Origin: Candidatus Oxydemutator sp.
GTDB lineage: Bacteria > Pseudomonadota > Gammaproteobacteria > Poriferisulfidales > Oxydemutatoraceae
NCBI GenBank assembly: GCA_965203445.1
Contig: OZ241883.1
Coordinates: 2,144,001 to 2,208,000 of the forward strand
Direction of reading: 5' to 3'
Length of the DNA stretch: 64,000 nucleotides
The notes beneath the pieces were generated by a model, which was not told where the DNA came from, did no database searches, and saw only the letters and a program-made list of their open reading frames with translations. Shown here in pieces: positions 25,681-34,125 of this stretch (its first letter is position 1; each line of letters opens with the position of its first letter). The translations under genes and the position numbers were made by a program.

Positions 25681-26262
25681 CTAAGCGGCGTCGTAGGCGG
25701 CGTCGAACGCGATGCCGACGCCGCCGTGACCGCAATAGCCGCCGGGATTCTTCGCCAGATATTGCTGATGATAATCCTCGGCGTAAAAAAACTTGGACGC
25801 CGGGCGGATCTCGGTCGTGATGCGCCCGTAGCCGGCAATGGTCAGCGCATCCTGGTACAGCGCAAGCGACCGCCGCGCAGGCTCGGACTGGCCCTCGTCC
25901 TCACAGAAAATCGCCGACCGGTACTGGCTGCCGACGTCGTTGCCCTGGCGCATCCCCTGCGTCGGGTCGTGCGCCTGCCAGAAGAGCCTGAGCAACTCCC
26001 AATAGGCCGCGGCCTCGCCCCGATACACGACGAGCACTGCCTCGGCGTGGCCGGTGGCGCCGCCGCAAACTTGCTCGTAGGTCGGATTCTGGACGTCGCC
26101 GCCGGTGTAGCCGACGGCGGTGACGTGCACGCGGGAGGACTCCCAGAAGAGGCGCTCCGCGCCCCAGAAGCAGCCCAGTGCGAACACCGCGCGCCGCGTG
26201 TCGCCCGGAAACGGCGGGTACAGCGAATTGCGGTTGACGTGGTGCGGCGCGGTCGCGGCCAT
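25681..26262 (-). CDS. msrA: Peptide-methionine (S)-S-oxide reductase
   Basis: [43 protein letters not shown]. Confidence 0.96.
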   Translation of the reverse strand: MAATAPHHVNRNSLYPPFPGDTRRAVFALGCFWGAERLFWESSRVHVTAVGYTGGDVQNPTYEQVCGGATGHAEAVLVVYRGEAAAYWELLRLFWQAHDPTQGMRQGNDVGSQYRSAIFCEDEGQSEPARRSLALYQDALTIAGYGRITTEIRPASKFFYAEDYHQQYLAKNPGGYCGHGGVGIAFDAAYDAA

Positions 26263-26331
26263 GCGGGAGATTATACCCGCGCACCGCGGGCGCGGGTTCG
26301 TCCGCCGATTTCATCGGTATAATTGCGCGTC

Positions 26332-27378
26332 ATGCAAAAACTACAATTCTCATTCTCCAGGCAGTCGGTGCTCACCGGGCTTTCGCTGGCGTTGTTTCCG
26401 GCGGCTTTCGGCAGCCTCGCGTACGCAATCGGCAATCCGGTCGGCTACGGACTGGGCGCCGGCGTCGTCGCCGCGGTGCTCCCGCTGGCCGCGCTGGCGC
26501 TGCAAAACCGCCTGGCCACGTACCGCGCCCTCGAATGGGCGACGCTGCTGTCGCTGATCCTGATCAGCGCCGTCGTCTCGTACCAGATTTTCATCCCGCT
26601 GCTGAACCAGCGGACGATGCTGCTGGAACGCTCGCTGCCGCTGCTTGCGGTGACGGTCGCGCTCTACGTGTTCTACATACTGGTCAACCGCCTGTGCGCC
26701 GACGAACACACGCGAAGCATCAACGGCAAACTGGAGGCGACGTTGTCGGGGCCGCCGCTGCTGTTGACGCTGGCGGCCGCGGTGGTGCTCGCCACCGGTA
26801 TCCTGGTCGCGGTGCACAACCTCGAGGCGGTGCGCCCCGATCTCCGGTTCTTCACCCAGAAATTTCTCGACCGCGGCCCGATCCCGCCGCTGACGATCCT
26901 GCTGTTCAGCTGGGGTTTGATCATCCTGGCCGGCAAGACCTGGACGCTGTGGCGCGAACAAAGGCTGCTGGCGCGGCCCGAGCGCTCGCTGCTGATGCGC
27001 GCCTACCATCAGGCGACGCACCAGAACGAAACCGCCGCCGAGATCTATCTCGAACTGATCTGGAAGAAATCGGCGGACTTCTACATCCTGCCGCGCTATC
27101 TGAACTGGGCGATACCGATCCTGGGTTTCATCGGCACCGTGTTCGGCATCTCGCTCGCCGCCGACGGCATCCAGCAGATCATCAGCAACCAGCACGGCCT
27201 CGCGCAGTTGTCGAGCGAACTCGGCGCCGCGATCTCGCCGCTCGGCATCGCCTTCGACACGACCCTGATCGCGCTGTCGCTCAGCATCGTGCTGACGCTG
27301 CTGCAAACGATGCTGCAACGCTGGGAGAACAACCTGCTGTCGCTCTACGAGAACCGCATCCTGAACCTGGCCGACTAA
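26332..27378 (+). CDS. MotA/TolQ/ExbB proton-channel family protein with extra N-terminal TM helices
   Basis: C-terminal WAIPILGFIGTVFGI...LGIAFDTTLIAL channel signature; about 6 additional hydrophobic segments before it. Confidence 0.85.
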   Translation: MQKLQFSFSRQSVLTGLSLALFPAAFGSLAYAIGNPVGYGLGAGVVAAVLPLAALALQNRLATYRALEWATLLSLILISAVVSYQIFIPLLNQRTMLLERSLPLLAVTVALYVFYILVNRLCADEHTRSINGKLEATLSGPPLLLTLAAAVVLATGILVAVHNLEAVRPDLRFFTQKFLDRGPIPPLTILLFSWGLIILAGKTWTLWREQRLLARPERSLLMRAYHQATHQNETAAEIYLELIWKKSADFYILPRYLNWAIPILGFIGTVFGISLAADGIQQIISNQHGLAQLSSELGAAISPLGIAFDTTLIALSLSIVLTLLQTMLQRWENNLLSLYENRILNLAD

Positions 27379-27409
27379 ACGCCCGCGACCACACGACACA
27401 GGCGGCCAC

Positions 27410-27952
27410 ATGATCAGGAAGCGAAGCGGCGGGCGCAACCACGACAACCTGCGCGACCAGGAGCGTAACAACGCCCCCTCGGTCGAGATCTTCGGCGGCG
27501 TGTTCGCGCTGCTGCTGGTGCTGTTTCTGCTGATCAACACGTTCTCGCAGGCGTCGCTGCAAGAGCGTCTGTCGGACTTGAACGAAGGCGGCGCCTACAA
27601 GGTGGACTGGGGGCCGCAGGGTTCGGGCTACGTCGTCATCGCCTTCCCCGGCGAACTGCGCATCGTCGAGACCTCGGAGAACGTGCGCCGCGAGGACGTA
27701 TGCGACAAGGACGGCGCGTTCGTGCGCTACGCGCGCAAACTCTACCAGAAGCCCGGCAAGCAGATCGTGTTCACGATACTGGAAAACAGCGTCGCGACAA
27801 TGGCCGCGGCGCGCAACTGCATGATGCGCATCATGCCCGGAAAACACCTGACCATCGGCTGGATCATCGCCGACCGCGAGCTGCTGAAATCGGTGTCGCT
27901 CGACGACCTGCCGCCGTACGTCGAGGAAGTCATCCGCGAGCGCGCGCCATGA
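27410..27952 (+). CDS. Single-TM hypothetical protein, ExbD/TolR/MotB-like topology
   Basis: Short basic N-terminus, TM SVEIFGGVFALLLVLFLLI with an acidic residue at its start, then a ~130 aa soluble domain; directly after the MotA-like gene. Confidence 0.7.
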   Translation: MIRKRSGGRNHDNLRDQERNNAPSVEIFGGVFALLLVLFLLINTFSQASLQERLSDLNEGGAYKVDWGPQGSGYVVIAFPGELRIVETSENVRREDVCDKDGAFVRYARKLYQKPGKQIVFTILENSVATMAAARNCMMRIMPGKHLTIGWIIADRELLKSVSLDDLPPYVEEVIRERAP

Positions 27953-29688
27953 GCGCGAGCGCGCGCGCCAACCTGTTCCCGAGTTTCGCCGGCATCGCGC
28001 TCGCCGACATCCTGGCCAACAGCGTCGCCATCATCATCATCCTGATCGTGATCACGATCGCGACCAAGCACGCCGAGGAGCAGGAGCGCCTGGCCGAGGT
28101 CGAGGACGTCTCGGTGCTGCTGAGCCGCGATCTGGCGACTTCGGTGGTCATGAACGGCCTGCCGACGTCGGCGCCGGCGCGCCTGCACGACTACGAGAAC
28201 TCGCCGCTCGACCGCATTCTCGACCCCGCGGTGATGCCGATCATCGAACTGCACACCGGCTTTGTGCGCGACTACTACAGCAAGCAGGCGTTCACGCGCG
28301 AGGAGATGCTTACCCAAGACAACGCCTTCGACCATTTCCTGGCGCAGATGACGCCGCAACAAAGACTGCGTATACGCGTAGACATCTACAACGTGGACAT
28401 GTTTTACGTGACGATGTCCATACTGCGCGACCACAACGGGCGGCTGCCCGGGCACTGGCACTTCCTCGGCTACGACGGCGCGCCTCCGGCGCTCGACCCG
28501 GAGCGTATCGCAAAAGGCGAAGCGCAAGTCGAGAAAGCCGAACCACAGGAGCACGCAGAACCCGGCGAGGCGCAACCGAGCGCCGCGCGCGCACGCGGCG
28601 CCAAGGCCTGGGAGGCGTTTCCGCAAGACACCGATCTGTCCGGCGAAAACGACGCCGAGGCCTATCCTTTCGACGACCTCGCGTGGGATTCCGAGACCCG
28701 CGGCCAGGAGTATTCCGACCTGCCCGGCGGCGACGAAAGCGAACAAAGCGAGCTGTCGCGGCGCAGCGACGAGATGTTCGGCGCGCTGTCGCAGTTGATA
28801 GGCCAGGCGCTGGGCGGCGGTGACCAGACCGGAAACGCGCCCGAGTTTATCCGCTTCCGCACGCCGACACCGTCGCGCGACAAGTCGGCCGAGGCGAAAA
28901 ACCGCGAGGTCATCCAGACCATGCAAGGCAACGGCAACGCCAGGATAGATTACGTCAAGCTGCTGGCGGCGCTGTTCGGCTTCATGCAAAAGGCCCAGGC
29001 CGACGCCGACAACGGCCTGCACTCGGCGCTTGCGGATTTCGACTTCGAGCGCGACGTGCTCGAACCGGCGGCGCTGAAGCCGCCGCCGCGCGACCCCGAA
29101 CAGGTGGCGTTTTTTACGCGCCTGGCGGCGCAGTTACAGCGCGTCTCGCAAGGCGGCCCGCTGGCGGTGTCGCAGACCGTGACCCCGGCGCTTGCCGACA
29201 ACCGGCTGCAACTGGCGCGCAACCAGCCGCTGGCGCGCGCGACGCTGGACGGCGACGAACACCAGGAAAAACTCGACTTCCTGCCCGGCGAGGCCGAGGT
29301 CACCAGCCGCCTTGGGCTGTACCCGGCGATCTACAAGGGCCTGCAAGCGCCGCTTGCGAAAGACGCCATAGTGCTGATGCCGACCGTGCAGAGCGATCCG
29401 CAAACCTGGCGCTGGCGCGTCGCCACCGTCGTCAACCCGGCAAGGGACGATTACCTGATCGCGTTTCTGTGGTCGGCCATGGCCGACGACGGCAGCCTGC
29501 TGCTTGCGACCGAAACCAACGGCATACGCATAAACCGCGCATCGTGGATGACCTACCGTCCGCCGGTGCGCCAGCGCAAGGAACGCGAGACGTTCATGGC
29601 CTACGCCGTCGCCGCGCTGCTACTGCTGCTGGGGCTGCTGCACCGGTTCGGGCGGCTGCCGCGCGGCGTGGCGGCGGCGCGGCGATGA
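27949..29688 (+). CDS. Large membrane-anchored hypothetical protein with an ExbD/MotB-like N-terminal helix and a C-terminal TM
   Basis: ATGA overlaps at both ends. TM LADILANSVAIIIILIVITI contains an Asp; acidic low-complexity linker; C-terminal AYAVAALLLLLGLL. About 579 aa. Confidence 0.75.
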   Translation: MSASARANLFPSFAGIALADILANSVAIIIILIVITIATKHAEEQERLAEVEDVSVLLSRDLATSVVMNGLPTSAPARLHDYENSPLDRILDPAVMPIIELHTGFVRDYYSKQAFTREEMLTQDNAFDHFLAQMTPQQRLRIRVDIYNVDMFYVTMSILRDHNGRLPGHWHFLGYDGAPPALDPERIAKGEAQVEKAEPQEHAEPGEAQPSAARARGAKAWEAFPQDTDLSGENDAEAYPFDDLAWDSETRGQEYSDLPGGDESEQSELSRRSDEMFGALSQLIGQALGGGDQTGNAPEFIRFRTPTPSRDKSAEAKNREVIQTMQGNGNARIDYVKLLAALFGFMQKAQADADNGLHSALADFDFERDVLEPAALKPPPRDPEQVAFFTRLAAQLQRVSQGGPLAVSQTVTPALADNRLQLARNQPLARATLDGDEHQEKLDFLPGEAEVTSRLGLYPAIYKGLQAPLAKDAIVLMPTVQSDPQTWRWRVATVVNPARDDYLIAFLWSAMADDGSLLLATETNGIRINRASWMTYRPPVRQRKERETFMAYAVAALLLLLGLLHRFGRLPRGVAAARR

Positions 29689-31289
29689 AGACCGCCGCGG
29701 CCAGGAAGGTTCGCTTTGCGCTGATCAACGTCGCGCTGGCGCTGTTCGTGCTGGCGGTCGCCGTCGCAAGCTACTACAAACTGCGCGTTACGTTCCACGA
29801 CTTCGACACCGTCGCGGTCGGCGACGGCGCGGCGGCGGACGAGGACTCGCGCGGGCGGCGCCTCGACCGCATACTGATGGATGAACTGCGCGCCTTCGGC
29901 TACATACACTCGTTCGACCACGTGCTCGGCCAGAAACCCTTCGTCCATCACCTGAACACGATCTGGGCCGACCGCTGCGAAGTGCGCCAGGAAGACTTCT
30001 ACAAGTTCGCAAAATGGTTCCGGCTGCACCAGCCGCAGGGCATCGCGGCACCCGACCAGCCGAACGGCTGGATCTACGACAGCAGCAGCCGCGAGCACAA
30101 GGTCAGCGGGCGCCTGAAGGCGCCGGCCAACGGTGTCGGCTACTACGACGCCTATGCCTACTGCCGCGCCGCCGGCGGGCGCCTGCCGACGCGCCGCGAA
30201 TGGATGGCCATGGCGGGCGGCACCGAAGGGCGCCTCTACCCGTGGGGCGACGACTTCCGCGCGGACGGCTGGCCGTATCTCGACGCGCGCCTGAACGCGG
30301 CCCAACGCTGCGGCGTGCACCCCGACCTCGACACGCCCCGACAACTGCACGACATGGGCGCCAACGTCTCCGAATGGGCCGAGGGAGACGACGGCGAACC
30401 GCGCCCGAGCATCCACGGCGGCAACGCCTTCAACCGCCCGTACTCGATCTACAGCCTGAACGCGCTCTACCGCCACGCGCCGCCGTCCTATCGCTCGCCC
30501 TACGTCGGCTTTCGCTGCGTCTATGACGAAGCGCCGCGGCAACCGGCGTGGTCGCAACGGGCGCCGCTTGCGGCGCGCATCAGCCCCGGCGCCCACCCGC
30601 TGGGCCTGCCCCGGGACGCGAGAGTGCCGGGGCTGCTGTCCGGCCTGTCGCGCGAACAGCTTGAAGTCATCGAGGGATTGTTGGGCCGCGACCGGCGGCG
30701 CGGCACCTTCCGCATTCTGCGCCACGAAGTGACGCGCGCGCAATACCGTCGCTTCCTGGACGACCCGATTGCGCGCTTCGGCTTTTACGCGAACGAAAAC
30801 GAACCGAAGGATCACGACTACCGCCCGACGGACTGGTCGCCCGCCCAGGACGACGGCCGGCTGCCGGCGACCGGCCTCGACTGGTGGTCGGCCTATGCGT
30901 TTGCGCGCTGGAGCGGCGGGCGCCTGCCGAGCGCCGACGAATGGAACGCCGCGGCCTCGTGGAACGGGCGCTACGTCTATCCGTGGGGCAACCACTACGA
31001 GAAAGAGCGCGCCGTGGCGGCCGAGGATCTGCTGACCACACCGCTGCCTGCGCTTGAGAACAGAGGCGACGTCACACCACACGGCGCCATCCTGCACCTG
31101 GGCGGCAATGTCTCCGAATGGACGCGCAGCATCGGCGTCCACGGCAACGGCTACGCGGTCGTAGTCAAAGGCGGCAGTTACTCGCTGCCCGGCAAGGAGA
31201 CCGCGCGCATAGACTTCGAGAACCGCGCCCCCGCCTCATACCGCTCCCCGCGCATCGGCTTTCGGGTCGTATTTGACGGGGAGTCATGA
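29685..31289 (+). CDS. Membrane-anchored protein with two tandem FGE-sulfatase (SUMF1/EgtB/PvdO) domains
   Basis: N-terminal TM; two copies of RLPT/S..EW...YPWG...GN/ANVSEW...GG...GFR; ATGA overlap with the upstream gene. Confidence 0.88.
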   Translation: MKTAAARKVRFALINVALALFVLAVAVASYYKLRVTFHDFDTVAVGDGAAADEDSRGRRLDRILMDELRAFGYIHSFDHVLGQKPFVHHLNTIWADRCEVRQEDFYKFAKWFRLHQPQGIAAPDQPNGWIYDSSSREHKVSGRLKAPANGVGYYDAYAYCRAAGGRLPTRREWMAMAGGTEGRLYPWGDDFRADGWPYLDARLNAAQRCGVHPDLDTPRQLHDMGANVSEWAEGDDGEPRPSIHGGNAFNRPYSIYSLNALYRHAPPSYRSPYVGFRCVYDEAPRQPAWSQRAPLAARISPGAHPLGLPRDARVPGLLSGLSREQLEVIEGLLGRDRRRGTFRILRHEVTRAQYRRFLDDPIARFGFYANENEPKDHDYRPTDWSPAQDDGRLPATGLDWWSAYAFARWSGGRLPSADEWNAAASWNGRYVYPWGNHYEKERAVAAEDLLTTPLPALENRGDVTPHGAILHLGGNVSEWTRSIGVHGNGYAVVVKGGSYSLPGKETARIDFENRAPASYRSPRIGFRVVFDGES

Positions 31290-31326
31290 GCGGGTCGGCG
31301 TGGCTGAAGAGCGGCGTCGGCTACCT

Positions 31327-32388
31327 CTATTCTTCAATCAACCGCAACTGACGACCAAAGTCCACTCCCGCGACCTCGCAGGCGGTGCGGATGTGACCTT
31401 CAATTTGACGAATACTGAGATTAGCACCCAACCACCAGCCATTTTTTAAATCTAGTTCTCTTCCCGGATATAAATCTTCTCGGTTCCGCGACATTAACGG
31501 TCGAGTTCGTCCTACCGTTCGGGGAGCAAAGCGCTTCATGAAACTGGCATCACGCTCCTGAAATACATTCAGGATTTCGATCAGAGTCGAGATGCCTTTA
31601 GCGGTTGGATATTTTTTGCCATCAAGTTCAAAACCAATAATTCTCCGTTTCGTCTTTACAGGAGCAGGTACAGGAGGATGTGTCACAGCATCTGGTGCAT
31701 GCTGGCGATTATCGGAGGAAAGATTTAGCAAAAATTCCTCCACGCGATCCAACTCCGGCTTCGTTCCGCAATCATTTTCTATTGCTTCTACAAGCAGATC
31801 GCGAAGTAGTTCATCCGGTGTCGCCAAGAGTGCTTGCCAAACTCGTGGGATGGCGTCCCGCGCCTGTTCTCTCGCTTTTGTGCTCTCATGCAGATTTTCA
31901 GCATCACACCGAGCTTGTTGAGAAAAAACAGCCGTTTTCTTGAGGTATTTATTGAAGAATTCTGCATATCTCGGAATATGCTCCTCGCTTCGCAAGTCCA
32001 TTCGGTAAAAACGTCGGTCAGCAGGAGGACCAGCCGCCATGCTGAGATAAAAACTCCAAATTGCACCATCGGTCAGAATGAGAAACGGGACACCCTGATG
32101 GGCGGCGTATCTGAACACCTGCTCCTCACCGCCGCCAGTCAAATTGCCAAGTCGCTTGGCCTCGATAAAAACCAGTGGCTGCCCATGCTGCCCATGGCGC
32201 TTGATTGCATAATCTACCCGACCACCATCTACGGAAAATTCCTGAGCAAACTGTCCAGGATCGGCATCGTCATAACCCAACTCGCGCAAAATCGGCAAAA
32301 TAACTGCTTGCTTGACTTGCGCCTCATTGTCCAACATGCCCGATTTGATGGCCTTCACTGCTTTTTTCAATACGTTCTCTAAAGGCAC
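31327..32388 (-). CDS. Type I restriction HsdR N-terminal-like (PD-(D/E)XK) endonuclease domain protein
   Basis: NEAQVKQAVILPILRELGY...GRVDYAI...FIEAKRL...QVFRYA...ILTDG; AAAGGAGG RBS before GTG; lower GC than its neighbours. Confidence 0.8.
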   Translation of the reverse strand: MPLENVLKKAVKAIKSGMLDNEAQVKQAVILPILRELGYDDADPGQFAQEFSVDGGRVDYAIKRHGQHGQPLVFIEAKRLGNLTGGGEEQVFRYAAHQGVPFLILTDGAIWSFYLSMAAGPPADRRFYRMDLRSEEHIPRYAEFFNKYLKKTAVFSQQARCDAENLHESTKAREQARDAIPRVWQALLATPDELLRDLLVEAIENDCGTKPELDRVEEFLLNLSSDNRQHAPDAVTHPPVPAPVKTKRRIIGFELDGKKYPTAKGISTLIEILNVFQERDASFMKRFAPRTVGRTRPLMSRNREDLYPGRELDLKNGWWLGANLSIRQIEGHIRTACEVAGVDFGRQLRLIEE

Positions 32389-32706
32389 GGCTCGGCCCCT
32401 CCTTTCGTTAATGCTTTTATCGGCGTTTTCAGCGCCGAACATAAATGGAATGCTCTGATATTTTGGGAGAGATTTGACCTGGAAGCAACCATGGCCGCCT
32501 TCGCGGTCAGCCGCGGCACTCTGTATACATGGCAATGGCGGGCGGCACCGATGTATAATTCCTCAAAATCCTTGATCCTGCGTCGGCAGGACGCAGGGAC
32601 ACCCGTGCGACGGGGCGCGTCGGAAAAAACGCCCGTCCGCATTTCACGAGCGCGAGCACGCAATCTCCGCCGCAAGACGGAACCGACAAAAGGAAGAAAA
32701 TTACAG

Positions 32707-33048
32707 ATGAAACGATTGATCGTCGCAGGCGCGTTGGCCCTGCTCACAGCCGCTTGCGGCAACTCGGAGCCAAAGCCGACGCCGACGCCGCAGATTACCG
32801 GCCTTGACAAGGAAGCGGGCACCGTTCGCGTTACGACCCACTCGCGCAGATCCATGAGGAACTGGCGGGAGGCCTGGCGGCAGGACTCCTCCATCGAAGA
32901 GATGATAGACGCAAAGGGGCGCGAAGGCTGCGCCCTGCTCCGAAGTCCCGCCACCAGACTCGGCACCAGGTGCGTAAAGTTCGCCGGTTGGAGCCAGTTC
33001 CGCTGCCGCACGAAGGAAGTGCTGTTCGCATGCACGGGCGGCGGATGA
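32707..33048 (+). CDS. Small putative lipoprotein
   Basis: AAGGAAG RBS, MKRLIVAGALALLTAAC lipobox, four further Cys. Confidence 0.7.
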   Translation: MKRLIVAGALALLTAACGNSEPKPTPTPQITGLDKEAGTVRVTTHSRRSMRNWREAWRQDSSIEEMIDAKGREGCALLRSPATRLGTRCVKFAGWSQFRCRTKEVLFACTGGG

Positions 33049-33093
33049 AGGAGCGGGACGGCGCGCCAGCGTCGTCCCAATGAAACTGAACCG

Positions 33094-33232
33094 CATGAGG
33101 GAAGGTCAAAGGAAAAATGTAACCCTCTCCCCCTAGGAGAGGGTGGCCAAGGGAGAATGGCCGAAGGCCGGGTGAGGGTGAGAAAGTTCTGCAACGGGCC
33201 CTCACCCCAACCCTCTCCCAGAGGGAGAGGGA
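33094..33232. repeat. Cluster of REP-like palindromes
   Basis: aaccctctccccctaggagagggtggcc...ggccgaaggccgggtgaggg...ccctcaccccaaccctctcccagagggagaggg. Confidence 0.8.
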
Positions 33233-33300
33233 GAATGAACGACGGCTCTCTACAATCTCTGGTTCCGCGACAAAAATGAACGAGTCAAGGAACACAAGCA

Positions 33301-33510
33301 ATGCCGATAGTCAAAACAGGGGAAACTCCGACGCCGGAACAGTACCGTGAAATTATCCGTCGCTACACGGCGGGTGGAAAGCAGCGTGCCTCGTTGACCA
33401 GATGGGAACTGAAGCGCTACTGGGCTTATATTCGCCTGGCGGACCCGAACATCTTTGACGGCCTCCCGGAGATTGAGTGGCCCCCAAAGAACATGGACTC
33501 CGGTAAGTAA
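33301..33510 (+). CDS. Hypothetical 69-aa protein
   Basis: AAGGA upstream of ATG; protein-like composition; no motif recognised. Confidence 0.45.
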   Translation: MPIVKTGETPTPEQYREIIRRYTAGGKQRASLTRWELKRYWAYIRLADPNIFDGLPEIEWPPKNMDSGK

Positions 33511-33581
33511 GATCTCCATATTCAGAACGGAATGAGCGATTATTCCCTCGTGGACAAGTATCCTGTTCAAGGCGAGACCTT

Positions 33582-33671
33582 TCAGTCGCGCAGATACTTG
33601 AAATAGAGAATTATCCCGCCGATGATCATCACGATGCTCAGGATCAATGCCGTTATTTCGTATTCGTTCAT
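33582..33671 (-). CDS. 29-aa single-TM peptide MNEYEITALILSIVMIIGGIILYFKYLRD
   Basis: Manual translation. AAGGAG RBS 6 nt before ATG; start lies 3 nt after the stop of the upstream 73-aa gene. Below the ORF-track length cutoff. Confidence 0.6.
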   Translation of the reverse strand: MNEYEITALILSIVMIIGGIILYFKYLRD

Positions 33672-33674
33672 TTT

Positions 33675-33896
33675 TCACTCCTTTTGTAGTTCTTGTAATT
33701 CACGTTTGTGGCCTATGCCCACCAGCAACATACCGACGAAATAACAGCTGAGCAACCAGACGATGCTCATGACGAGGCCGGACAACCTGCTCATCTCCCA
33801 ATAGGATTGAACAAACAGCAACGCGGCCCCGATGTTGCCGAGGGCTATCAAGCCCTTGCCTGCCGCTTTCAGCGGCTCTGCGTAGTATTTTGCCAT
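33675..33896 (-). CDS. 73-aa two-TM membrane protein
   Basis: AAAGGAGG RBS; MAKYYAEPLK... followed by two hydrophobic helices and a charged tail. Confidence 0.65.
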   Translation of the reverse strand: MAKYYAEPLKAAGKGLIALGNIGAALLFVQSYWEMSRLSGLVMSIVWLLSCYFVGMLLVGIGHKRELQELQKE

Positions 33897-34037
33897 AGGA
33901 AAACCCTCCTTTGGTCTTCCTTGTAGCACTCGATTCCAAGGCACAGCGCAAGCGCTGGAATGAACGGTACAAAACAGCCGACGAACGGTCATAACGTGGC
34001 TGTGAACCCCCTACTTGCGCGCCCCCATACAGTAACT

Positions 34038-34099
34038 TTGGCCACCTTCTCCCAGGGGGAGAGGGTTACATTTTTTCTGCCCCTTTTCCCTCATGAGGG
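34038..34099. repeat. REP-like element, inverted relative to 33094-33150
   Basis: ttggccaccttctcccagggggagagggttacattttt...ttccctcatg is nearly the reverse complement of 33094-33150. Confidence 0.75.
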
Positions 34100-34125
34100 C
34101 TGACGCCGGTATCTTGACAACCTCC

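Noticed and set aside
26332-29688. Zorya defence system or flagellar MotAB
   Set aside because: No OmpA-like peptidoglycan-binding motif in the partners, no long ZorA tail, and no zorC/D/E or flagellar genes.
29685-31289. FGE-domain protein as a diversity-generating retroelement target or an active formylglycine-generating enzyme
   Set aside because: No reverse transcriptase or template/variable repeat pair was seen, there is no catalytic Cys pair, and no sulfatase is nearby.
33094-33232. CRISPR array
   Set aside because: The repeats are irregular palindromes without uniform spacers, and the window has no cas genes.
33250-33678. 142-aa minus-strand ORF
   Set aside because: It overlaps a better-supported 29-aa peptide frame with a well-spaced RBS and the opposite-strand 69-aa ORF, and shows no motifs.
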